Source of the DNA: Fistulifera solaris
Taxonomy: Eukaryota
NCBI GenBank assembly: GCA_030295235.1
Contig: AP026136.1
Location: forward strand, 1,054,001 to 1,118,000
Length of the DNA: 64,000 bases
Direction of reading: 5' to 3'
Under the pieces are notes generated by a model. The model was not told where the DNA came from and searched no databases. It saw nothing but the letters and a program-made list of their open reading frames with translations. The position numbers and the translations under genes are program-made. Positions 26,224-37,283 of this stretch are shown here, piece by piece. Each line of letters opens with the position of its first letter. Within the stretch, counting starts at the first letter, position 1.

Positions 26224-26651
26224 CTTAGATAGCTTTTCATGGAAGGATAATGAAGAAGTGAAACACAATGAAATGGATCTCATCGCCTCATTCATTATTT
26301 TGCGTGATGGTGCGCGCTCATCGCTAAAAACCACACGTTTCTCACATAAGCAAGTTTGTCCTGCTAAAGCTTGGATTTGGACAAAATAATTGACATAAAG
26401 CTATTAAGCGGCATTCATATAAAGTACTATACGAAAAAGTGTTGTTCGTTTTTCCCCACGACTAGCTTTTCAGTCACGAGTGAGTCACAACCAGAAGAAA
26501 AAAGCTCATTATTGCGATTGATTGCATGCGTTCATTACAAAGTATCTCGCTTGCTTATCATTGCAAACGCAAAAATAAGCTAAAAGTAGGACTGAAAAGC
26601 AGTTTTATTGCTAGCTGAGAGAAAGATATTCATAAAGCCGTATTTTTTGAA

Positions 26652-27567
26652 ATGGCCGCATCCGCACAACAAATTCGACGTCATGTTCTACAAACAATGG
26701 CCGGCGGTGCCGCCGTCATGTCCCTTCCCATCGGCGGATGGTGGTACTGGGCCAACAAGGAACGAAGTCGCGTTGCTGAAGCAAACCGGACGAAGATTCG
26801 GTTGCCCAATACACAAGATACGTATGATTATCTGATTGCTGAGAAGTGTCAACCAGGGGATGTTTTGCTATTCGATCGACGATGTGAGCATTGTGCGTCG
26901 GGACCTTGGGCAGCTTTGGCTTGCCTGGCCAGTAAACTCTTTCTTACAGGAAGCGAAAGTAGTTTCGATCATGCTGGATTGATCGTTCCGGGCTATGTCA
27001 AATCCAAAGCTGATTTATACGAAGCGACGAATTTATTACTTCTCGAAGCGACACCTCAAGGAATTGTCGCGCGACCTCTGAAAGATCGTTTGGAGCAATC
27101 TTTCTCGAAAACTATAGTCTTACTCCAGCTCAATTGTCCAGGTGAACGACGGAACGAAGAGAGTGATCCGGATGGCGCGCAGCGAGCGAGTGTCGAGCGA
27201 ACGCGCAAACACGTGGAACGAGCTACGTCTCTTCCGAGACCAATGGGTGGCACTCGGAAGTGGAGACGGTCAAAAGAAGTCCTATTATCCTTGGATACAT
27301 TCTACTATCAGTTTAGGAGGCGCTTTGCTATACGGAATGGGATTGCAAGATTATTCGTCGGGACCTGTGTCGCCTTCGGCATATCTTGTACTGATGGGAC
27401 TTATCAAGGCATCTGCCGCACAGAGTATTGACGATAAAGAGAACCGTAGCATCAAGCCCGAAGATCTGATGCGCAACTATCAGCTTTTAAACAAAGATGC
27501 TGTTCGATTGAGGCCGGGGTGGAGGTTCCTATCACCCATTACCATCAAAGAGGGACCACGATTGTAG
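26652..27567 (+). CDS. Permuted papain-like amidase (YiiX/YebB-type NlpC/P60) family protein; frameshift about 27225
   Basis: QPGDVLLF, FDHAGLIV, LLLEATPQGIVARPL motifs; two overlapping ORFs. Confidence 0.7.
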
Positions 27568-27903
27568 AATTTATTCATTAGTTAGTCGTAGATGCGCCTT
27601 TGTAAAGAAAAAGTAATCATGAATCATGACTTACAGGAGACTTCTTCGTTTTTCCCGCACTACGTACCTAGAGGTAAACGATGACTTCCATTGATTACCG
27701 TTACGACAAGGATCTTGCTCTACGGCGTCCGTTCGAAAACAATAAAACGGACGCGATAAACGGCACATAGCTCCATTGCTTCCATTGCGTCTTATAAAAA
27801 TTACTCCGTACAATTTCTTCGTCTTTTTGCAATACATATTTCCAAAAAACGCCGAAAAGGAACTAAGTAGTGATATCATCTGTATTTTTGAGAGCAAACG
27901 AGC

Positions 27904-28666
27904 ATGGATATCAAGAAACTGAAAGGTATGCGGAGACGGAGAACGTCGCAAAGTTTTGTCCCTCAATAAAGCGCGAGAAATCTCTTCACTGACCACCTCC
28001 TTTTGATGATCGAAAACATTAGTCGCTGAGCTACAGAATGAATTAAAACGAAGAGGATTAGCCACAGATGGTCTAAAGGCGGATTTAGTTAATCGATTAC
28101 AGACGCGCCTAGATGAGGAAGAGTTCGGGATGGTAGATCCTCCGCCGGACGAGCCTCCTGTGGAGATAGCTCCAACAGCAGCTATAACTACTACTGCTAC
28201 CGCTCCTTCACCTCCTAAATCTGCCGCTAAAAGCAGCCAGCAAAAAGCTGAGCCGAAAGTGGAAGAGAAGAACGAAAAACCAGCTCCGGCAGCCAAAGTG
28301 GAAGGTCCTGTGGTTGAGGTGAAGTCTGTGCCCGCGAAACCCATGCCTTCCGGCCTTTCTTTCGAAGAGCAAAAGAAGCTACGAGCTGCTAGATTCAACA
28401 TTCCAGTTCTAGAAGTAAAAGAAGAAAAGTCAAAGGAAAAAGGGGGTAAACGAGAGCCAAAAGACAAACGGGGCAAGCGTGACAAGAAGAATGATCCACC
28501 GAAGCATAGCAAACGCGCCAAGACAGAGCCAAAAAGGAGCGAAAAAGAGATTTTACCTAAGGAAGAGATCGAAAAGTTACTCGCGCGAGCCGAAAAGTAT
28601 GGCGGCGACCCCAAGCGGACGGAGGAACTCAGGGTTATGCTTCGTCACTACCGATTTAACCCCTAA
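27904..28666 (+). CDS. SAP-domain mRNA-export factor (THO1/SARNP/MOS11-like); intron 27926-28022
   Basis: Spliced MDIKKLK^VAELQNELKRRGLATDGLKADLVNRLQ (SAP domain) plus KKLRAARF and LLARAEKYG motifs. Confidence 0.85.
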
Positions 28667-28805
28667 TGCAACGTAGGACCCAAGATGCAGCCCACTTATA
28701 TTTTGCATTCTAAAGAGCAGTAGAAATCGAATTGAAACGGCACTAGGACAACAAAGATACAAGCAGATCTCTCTCGTTTCTTCAAAATGTATCTTTCTAT
28801 CTATC

Positions 28806-31251
28806 TTATTTCCAACATGGTCGAATTAAACTACAAGGGCCCGTCAACGATAGCAGAATATTTTTCAAAAGGGTATCCAAATCATCTCCGCTGGGTCCGA
28901 AATCAAAACCGCGTAAGCTTGTCGCTTTTCGTAGGGCAGCGGAACGACGATTAGAATCTGTTACTCGGGAGACTCCTGGGAGTGGCTCGATCACAGGAAG
29001 TGCCACCCTGCCCAGGAAATCTCTTTTGAAAATTTTCGTTCCGACGTAAATGCCTTCCTAGCAAAGTGCAATGACTGCGTCCTTTGTGGAGAGCTTCTGG
29101 GTTTCCGTTTGGTGAGCACTGGAGAACGATCGACTCGGGGACTGACTTTGCTTGGGCTTTTGTGGGTTACGTGTACGTCATCGCGGGGAGCCACAGGCCG
29201 AGCAGCTTCTCCATTCTGGTCTTTATAACCACCTTGAGTGGAAATGGAGCCTTCTTCAGAATTGGCGATCGAAGTTGTGGGTACAGCTGAGCTCTGAACA
29301 AGAGGAAGCGGTCTCATTAGTGCGAGGCTAGAGTTTCTCCGAGTTGGAGAAATCTTCTTCCAAGAAGACAGGAGAGAGCTGGTTCGACTTGGAGATGTGA
29401 TGTTATCAGTCGTTCGTCGCTCAGTAGTATTTCCAAATTTCTTGCTAGTGGTCTTTTTGAAAGGCGAATGAAATTTGTCTGAAAGAAAAGATCTGGAACG
29501 GTTCGGCGAAGCAAAACAATCTGCCTGGTTGGAGCTTCGCTCCTTTGCCTCGCCACTGACCCTCCATCTTCGGCAGACATGGTGTATCGTGCACTTCGAG
29601 CTTTCTGTAAGCCTAAGCCTGGACGGGAGGAAGACGTAAGGGTTCTCGTCGAAGCATCTGTCAAAACTTGCGGCCTTGCTTCTCCTCCAGTATCTTCCGC
29701 TCCGATGATTTTCTCATAAACAGCTAGGAGGTCCTCGTGCTTTGTATACATTTCACGTGCACTTTCAGCCTTGAGCATGGAAGGACGTGAAGCTGAAGAG
29801 TGATCCGATCTCGATAGAGCGCCCATACTACTCTGTCGTTTCTGATAAATATGCTCCGAGCGTGACAAAGAATCATGACATCCGGCAGCAGTCCGATTCG
29901 TATTCTGACCCATTAAACATCTTTCCGAACTTGTACCTCGATTCTTCGTTTTCTCCTGATGCACAAAGAAGCCACTGTTGCCTCTCACCACGCGTCTAGG
30001 ACTCCTTGGACTTAAATCATTGCTAGGACACTTTTCCAGGCCGAGTAACATCATAGCTTCTGCAAGTCTACTCGCCATATCTGCTTCTTGTTGTTTTCCT
30101 AGATCTCCGCTTCGTGTCCGTACTACACGCCTTGGATTTGTTGCGCTATTACAGGGACTGGACGAGGGCTTCGAGTCGGGATGCTCGTCCGCCTTATCAG
30201 CCTGCCGACCCAAGACCAGAGCTTGACTGTAGGAGCGTTCAGATACGTCTGTTGACCATACACCTCGCTCTCCTGCTTCTATAGATTTATCATCGTCGTC
30301 GCTAACATCGTTTGAGTCGGCAAAAGAAATGCACCCAAAGCTGTTCGTACTATTCGAACCCAGCAAGATTGCACCGCTGGATGCTACCTTTTCAACAAGC
30401 GACTGGCGCTCTAAAGAATTACGTGCTTGCGAAATATCACCGCTTTCTTCGTTGGGATCAAGATGAATGGGTGCAACAAACTCGTGCGCCGGGTGTTTCT
30501 CAATTACTCGCGCTAGAGGCTTGGTTACATGTTTCGGAGACAGCTGTCGTCGCGGAGAGCTAGTACCGTTAAAAAGAGAGTTGATGGGCGGCTGACGAGT
30601 ACAGTTCGACATGGACAACGCACGTGGTCCACGCATACCAGGTGCACCGAAAGTTCCTTTTCCAGCGAGATTATTCAAGGATTTTTGTTTGTGCGATAAG
30701 GAAGTCGCACGACCAGGTTTAATTTCCTGAGTCAAAACGCTATGCGAATCAGAGCTCGTCATTTTGTCGAAAGGCATAGAAGAAGATCGTGTGCGTGCTC
30801 TCGTTCCATTCTCTGCCTCGGGCATTGCATCGCCGTATCCATACACGGCACGGTCGCTGGGAGACGCTTCGTCTACGACTTTCAGATTGCTGATGGACAT
30901 GTCGCTCTCGGATACGTCGATTGCCTTTTCCACTGTAGTCTGCTTGATCGTTACGATCGAATGCGAACTCAACTGCGGGCTTTGATTGAGCGATATAGCG
31001 ATAGCAACGGGATCTCGTAGCTTGGTCCACCCGGAGGGGCGCCCGTCGATCTCGCCTTTTCCCTTCTTCATTACTGTAGAGGAACTTATGTCAGCAAGTA
31101 GTACAACATCTTGCTCGTCAGTCCTCGAGGAACATGTTTGATGATCCGTTTCACTGTTCCCATCCTCCATTTCGGTGTATGTCGGTTTCGCTGTTTCGCC
31201 TCGCTTCGTCGATCTCTTATTCTTCGAAATGAGAGCATTCAAGAACGTCAT
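28806..31251 (-). CDS. Large Ser/Arg-rich disordered hypothetical protein (3' part frameshifted)
   Basis: 644-aa ORF followed by abutting ORFs 28991-29317 and 28806-29006 of the same composition. Confidence 0.65.
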
Positions 31252-32146
31252 TTTGATCGCAAATCGATATCCAAAAGCGTGTCGAGCTGATTTCCAAATG
31301 AATGTAGCACGACTTTGTTTTGTTTGACCTGCTAAGCCACAGGCTCCTTCATTGGATTCCTCTCGAAGTTTGCAGACACTTCACAGTTGCCTTCATCTGT
31401 TTGGTGTTTTGTTTTCGGTTCATGCAAGAGGGAGGCGAAATTGATCCTTACGGATCGAGGTTCCCTTCCCAACGGGTCACTAATAATAAGTAATAACCGG
31501 ATGTATTGTGGAAAGTGTAAATAGGCGTCCGTCTTTCAGCAAAAAAAATCAGTCATTTCGGCTTCCTCGTTCACGATGCCCAGAGAACTACTACTGGAAA
31601 TGACCGCGTGTGTTCCGCTCTATCCGTTATCCTTCTTCAACGAGAACAGCGACGACTACTGAGGTGAAAGAAATCGCCGATGTCAATGAGTTTTTCGTCA
31701 GTATGCCTTGGTCACGGATCGTATTTTTGGCCTCAATTGCGCTTGAAAAGCTCCGTATGACGTCAGCCTTGTAGTACCTTTTTCTCGCTCTATTTCTCAC
31801 TCTCTCGTTGGAAGTAGGGTGTCGTACTGGTTGATACTTAGCCTGAACAGACTACATAACCCAAATACTCCGTAGTTATCACGTTCAGCTAATTTCAATT
31901 TGCTTGGTTATAGAGAGAAACTGTTTGTTTCTAGAGCAATAAAAATCCATTTTGATTGCGTTTTGGCTTAAATAAATGCATCCTGTGCTGAATACAGCTT
32001 TTGGTGAGCAAAGAAATCGAAACAATGTGAAATTGTCAGCAACATTTAGCTCGACCAGTTGTAGGTGTTATGAACAACGTAGGTCAAACATCGTAATGAA
32101 GTTATCAAGCTGAGTTGCAAAACCGTTGTGGACGTACTGCTGAGGT

Positions 32147-33364
32147 CTATTCGTTTGTATCAAACATGAGCCTCTCGTACTCTTGCAAAAGTTGGTTGAG
32201 CGTATCGTGACATGTGTAGCTTCTTGCAACAGGATTGCAAACATCCAATTCGTGTACCTTTTTTCGTACTGCAGGTTGTTTTTTAACGGATGATCCAGGT
32301 CCCAAAGCGGAGGTATGGCGAGTGCTTCTTTGTCCGACGGATGTCGAAATAGGTTGAAATAACGAAGTGGCCCCCGCCTCCGAAATCGCACGCCGGGGTG
32401 AACGACGATTACAGCCGACCCCCATCACGGCTTGTTGCGACGTTGGTCTTGTGATTACAGGTCCACGCAAAACGGTACTTTCTTTAAAGAAGGATTCTCT
32501 TGGGGATTGCCGACTCTGATCACTAACTAGTAAGGGCGATTTTACGTAGCCTTGTGGTTGAAATGGACAACTCTGGACTGCATGGTCACTTTTTGATAAA
32601 AAGAGTGCCCTATCACTCTGTTGCTGACGAGATGACGTTGCATGAGTTGGGAGCCTTTGTTCGGAGGTGTATCGCCTTGCGCCTCGAGTATTTGGCATTG
32701 ATCGGCAATCCGGTGGAAGATAGCCCATATTTGCCCTTGCAATACCTCTTCGTGATTGAGGTTGAAATATAGAAAAGGCCGTAGGATTGTTTGCGGCAAC
32801 AAGGGCTATATCTTGCTCAACATTAGTTTCGATCCCCGTAACGCTCGTAGGGGATCCTAATTTGCTCTCAGTATTTTTGTCGTTCACAATTGACTTTCTC
32901 AACGCCACATTGCCTTCGTTTTGGCAGATTTGCGAGTTGTAAATGTTGATTGTTTTCCGAATGGACTTAAAGTGTCTGCCAGTGGATTTAATGCCTATTC
33001 TTGCAGATTTAGAAGGGCTATCTACAGCAAACATCGATCGACATTCCGATGCCAGTGCCCTTCCATTGAGAGAATTCCATGACTCGTCACATTTCGTGGT
33101 AGACTCAGTGATGTCATCGTCGATATGAACTTTGTTTACTTTGCCAATTAGACCGGTAGACACACGAAGCGGGGGCGGCTTCAATATAGGTGTTGGTGAC
33201 GTCTTCATTGATGTGGATGTCGACTTAGCTCTATGCCGGCTGCCTAAAACTTTATTCAACAAGTTGTAAATGATTTTCTTTCGTTGTAATGAAAGATAGC
33301 ACCAAGCGCAAACAGCAAGCAGAATAAAAGGAACTAAATACTCCGTAATATTATTAACAAGCAA
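32147..33364 (-). CDS. Ser/Arg-rich disordered hypothetical protein (likely start MKTSPTP about 33208)
   Basis: 405-aa ORF ending in helix LNQLLQEYERLM. Confidence 0.6.
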   Translation of the reverse strand: MLVNNITEYLVPFILLAVCAWCYLSLQRKKIIYNLLNKVLGSRHRAKSTSTSMKTSPTPILKPPPLRVSTGLIGKVNKVHIDDDITESTTKCDESWNSLNGRALASECRSMFAVDSPSKSARIGIKSTGRHFKSIRKTINIYNSQICQNEGNVALRKSIVNDKNTESKLGSPTSVTGIETNVEQDIALVAANNPTAFSIFQPQSRRGIARANMGYLPPDCRSMPNTRGARRYTSEQRLPTHATSSRQQQSDRALFLSKSDHAVQSCPFQPQGYVKSPLLVSDQSRQSPRESFFKESTVLRGPVITRPTSQQAVMGVGCNRRSPRRAISEAGATSLFQPISTSVGQRSTRHTSALGPGSSVKKQPAVRKKVHELDVCNPVARSYTCHDTLNQLLQEYERLMFDTNE

Positions 33365-33986
33365 GGCGCCAAAGCGACAAACGCGACAAATGAGAAGAGC
33401 CGAGCGAGATCATTATAGATTTTCGTGTACTTTCGCTCGCATCACATTCGTCGAATGTTCACAGGAACAATTAAGCCAGACATCATATGCCCTACACTTT
33501 CTCATTGTTGAAGGGGATGGCTTAAATGAGAAAGGTACATACCATCCTACAAGACACAAGACACCGCCAAAATTCAAGGAGGCATCGGGCATCGATGCTC
33601 GGGATCGAATCGATGTGGATAAAGGATTGAGAATTGAGTTCAGTCGTCAGTCAATCGTCAGTCGTCACCTGTCTCGAATTCCGCTAGGGTTTTCAACCGA
33701 GAAAATGTTTGTTCCAAGCTCTTTTGCAGATCTACGAATGAAGATATCTACAAATATTCCAGCCAATAGTTCAACACAGAATAAGGAACAGAATGATTCG
33801 TTGCATGAGCGAACAAACGACTGGTCTAACTCGTGAAATAAAGCACACTTTTGACTCAGTACCAGGTAGGATAAAGACATATCAACCTGTTTTATAAAAT
33901 TACAGCACCTAAAGATATCTTTAATCACGGGAACGTCATATTTGTGAGCAAGCCATAGGACGTGGAGATGCATTTCCTGCGTTTCT

Positions 33987-34741
33987 TCAGTTAACTTCGA
34001 GTCCCTCGCCCGATATTTTATTGTATTCATCAATTATTTCCTGCACAGAAAGATCTCTGTGGCTATTTTGCATGAAGTTAGGAGCAACACGAGAAACTAC
34101 TCGTCGCGGCTGTGCAACGCCGGGAAGATTTATTTCTAACTGGAGCGACCGGCCGCTGCTATGGAGTAGACAAATTTTTCTTGACGGAGTCTGGTTGCAG
34201 GCTTTGCCTTGTAAAGATATGCAAGAGCTGGACTTTCTAACTGGTGTAAATGGAGGTTTGTTACTTCCGCTCTCTCCATTCCTTCTAGATCTGCTCGGTG
34301 TCGCAGCTCTTTGCTTCAGAGTTTGATTTGTTTCATCATCCGGCAATGTAGTAGAGGAGTCAACGCCCCCAGTCATCCCAAAAAGGAATTCCTACGAACT
34401 ACCATTCTGCGGCTTCCCTTCGACGGGGTCAGCGGTTGAGTTCGCCCTCCTGAATTGTTCTTGATTACCAACCGGGCACGGACAGTTTTGGATTCATTCT
34501 TGTCACGCCCCTCGTGCTTGTCTTGCAATGAGCAAGCTTGGATGGCGTCCTCAATTTGTCCAACCGGAACTCTGAGTGAGCGCGATTTTTGCAGGCGAAC
34601 GGCCTGTTGCTGCTGCTGCTGCTGCTCCTGTTGATTTGAATCGAGGGTCGAACAACTGCCTTGGAGGCAAAGGCTTTTCTTCGAAGAGTCGTCGACCTTC
34701 GCCGTCGACGAAGAATTGTTTGGCATTTGGATCAGTCGCAT
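33987..34741 (-). CDS. Disordered hypothetical protein with poly-Q (frameshift about 34376)
   Basis: Two abutting ORFs (122 and 129 aa); C-terminal helix SVQEIIDEYNKI. Confidence 0.55.
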
Positions 34742-35289
34742 GGCAATGAAGCAATCAAAGTAACAGAGATCACAGCATAAACAGTTGCTTGATAAGAGAA
34801 AGTGAGAGCTGAAAAGATGTCTTCTGTCGTCTTTTCACTGGTTCAATGAGCTGAATCTACTCGTATTTCTTTATTTTAGGAGTGAATAGCCGGGGTAATT
34901 ATTTTGTCGTAGACATGTTCTTTCGAATTATTTTGTCGCGTCATACGCCGAGCCCTCAACGAGAGACTATATGCTAATGTGTAGTATTCTACGGATAGCG
35001 GAGTATCTTTCATCTTTTACTATTGACCATTGACTAAGTAACGGTTTTATACCTTATGTTGTTCGAAAGAGTCTTTGTGTCTTTGTCCAAAAGCCAAAAG
35101 CGCCTTAAACCTTAAACCATAAACGTCCGGATGATGTTCTGTGTTCTCCAGTTCTCCACTTCAATGTGATGTGTATTGCTGTATTGCTCATTGCTCGGTT
35201 GTCGGTTGTGTCTTCTTCGCATCAAATAGGGTACCTGGTAGGGTAGGGGTAGGGGGTAGGCATACTTCACGCTTCTGCTCTTTACTCTT

Positions 35290-35429
35290 TACTTCTCTTC
35301 CAAGAACGAAGAATATAAAATACGTACACCTTACACAGTGCTGAAGTTCCCGTGACTATACTTCTCTTCCAAGAACGAAGAATATAAAATACGTACACCT
35401 TACACAGTGCTGAAGTTCCCGTGACTATA
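35290..35429. repeat. Perfect 69-bp tandem duplication
   Basis: TACTTCTCTTCCAAGAACG...CCCGTGACTA repeated at period 69. Confidence 0.95.
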
Positions 35430-35702
35430 ACGTGAGCAAAGATGACTAACCTGTAACCTTGATTAGAGTTGACGATGATTAGTTTGGCGATTGGCGATTG
35501 GTGACTGACTGTAAGGCGCACGTTATACCTGGGAGCTTGGCGGAAACTGCTCACTCCGAGCGGTTTCAGAATTTCGACCTTGTATGTCGTACCGTTATAC
35601 ACCCAATTAAAAAGGAACTTCTTTTCGGCGATAATTGTTTACTCTCAGCGCGCGGAACGGTTATATTACTTAGCAGTTGAAACGTGTTAAAAGTTTATTA
35701 GC

Positions 35703-35822
35703 TAGAGAGAGAAATCTCTCTATAGAGAGAGAAATCTCGCTTTAGAGAGATTTTTCTCACTATAGCGAGAGAAATCTCTCTATAGAGAGATTTTTCTCTC
35801 TATAGCGAGAAAAAATCTCTCT
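35703..35822. repeat. Left subterminal array: six 20-bp palindromic units TAG(A/C)GAGA-(GAAA/TTTT)-TCTC(T/G/A)CTA
   Basis: Exact 20-bp period from 35703; each unit is an 8-bp stem with a 4-nt loop. Confidence 0.93.
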
Positions 35823-35998
35823 TCTCGAAATGCACGTGTGTCCAAATAAATATTTCAATTAAGGTTAAACTTGATCCGTCAATTCATTTTTCTCCAATCA
35901 AGAATCATCCAATGAACAAACACAAAAACAAAAAGACTTCGGAGTTGTACACACTCTTCTATTTAATGAACTACAATTCGTCCTCGAATATCTACTCA

Positions 35999-37164
35999 TC
36001 AATCAACCTCTTCAACAGGCTCATCGGGGCTGAGCTTTGGAAAGACGAATAGCACGTTTGCAGGCCGAGTGCCATTCTTGGCTCTGTGTGCTGGTTTACG
36101 ACGATCCAATTTCAACTTCACTTTTGTTTTTACTGTTACAGGCCCGCTTTTGATCCGTGGCTCATCTTGGACAAAGTTTGTCGTCTCCATGCTGACTGAA
36201 GAGTCTGGCGAGTTTCCGCGGTCTGGGGCTGCTTCGTTTTCCATCAGCAATAATGTGCCGCTATTCTCAACAAGCCCGTCATCGTCTACTGGGGCCATTT
36301 CAAGCTGAAGCATCCGATTGCTTGCCCGTTCAAACTGTTGCATGTCATGATCCACTGCGCTCTCGAGCCGCAAGATGGCCTGTTGTTCGTCAGCGAGCTG
36401 TGACTGCAGAAGCCGTAATCGTTCACTAATCCAGCCTTGTTTAATCTCCAGTGCATCTCGGTTGCATCTCAGTTCATTGAAAGCGTGCTAGAAACATTCC
36501 ACTCATACTCGTCCAACATGGCTTTCTCTTCAAGCTTCAGGACCGCATGCTGTTGTCCAGCCGCATGTGCATGAAGCTGCTGCAGTTTTTCCCGGCCTTG
36601 TTTCAGCTGCATCTCTAATCCTTTCAGTCGCTCATTCTGCTCAAGAACTCGATTCTTTTGATTGTGAAGCTCGCGTTCATTGTAGTTGACGCTGTCTTGA
36701 GGGAGCAACACTGCACCTTGCTTGTCAGTCAGCTGTGCATTGAGAAGCTGCAATTCGCCTTGTTTGTTTGCTTTCTTGATTTCAAGAGCATTGACATCTT
36801 CAGTCAACACACGAAGGTGCTCGGCTTTTTCTCGCTTCTTCTGGTTGCTGAGAGTAACAAGTCGCTCGAGCAACATTTTCTCTTGCTCTTTCACTCGAAT
36901 CTGTTCTTCGACGGCTTGAAGATGCGCTTGATCTAGACGGAGGCTTTCCGTGGATTCAACGGAATATTGCTCGAGCTTGATACGGTCGTGCTCAACCTGC
37001 TGAAGGCTTTTCAGAATCTGATCGCGTTTGAGATGGACATCTTTGTCTTGGCACTGAACTTCTTCCAGTTTTGTGAACAAGCCCGACTTTGCCTGCTCCT
37101 GTTGTTTGAGGAGATGCCGTGGGTGGTCATCTTCTTCCTTAAGGTCCTGTGTGTTGCTTGCCAT
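35999..37164 (-). CDS. Transposon ORF-A: long coiled-coil protein of about 390 aa with basic tail (frameshift about 36480)
   Basis: Q/E/K/L heptads from MASNTQDLKEEDD. A single-base change joins ...NVSST to FNELRCNRDALEIKQGWISERLRLLQSQL and ORF 35999-36373. Confidence 0.7.
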
Positions 37165-37283
37165 GCTTGCCGCGAACGTCAAGAGTAGAAGGCGGATCAA
37201 TTCGCTTGTATGATCGAATTGATGCTCGATGATAGTATGATAAATCTGTAGTAACATAGACAAGTCAAAATTGAAGAATTAGC

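Noticed and set aside
27631..28614. 327-aa minus-strand ORF and similar long antisense ORFs (e.g. 16027-16623, 55791-56261)
   Set aside because: Shadow frames of well-supported genes on the opposite strand.
35103..35124. CCTTAAA repeats as interstitial telomere
   Set aside because: Only 2-3 imperfect units; better seen as one of the local micro-duplications.
35334..35430. CACAGTG (RSS/Transib-like heptamer) in the 69-bp duplication, with loose inverted similarity to 41299-41331
   Set aside because: Needs several gaps and has no nonamer or TSD. The TIR pair at 35532/41325 with a CTG TSD explains the ends far better.
35703..35822. 20-bp repeat array as a CRISPR array
   Set aside because: No unique spacers, no cas genes, eukaryotic context.
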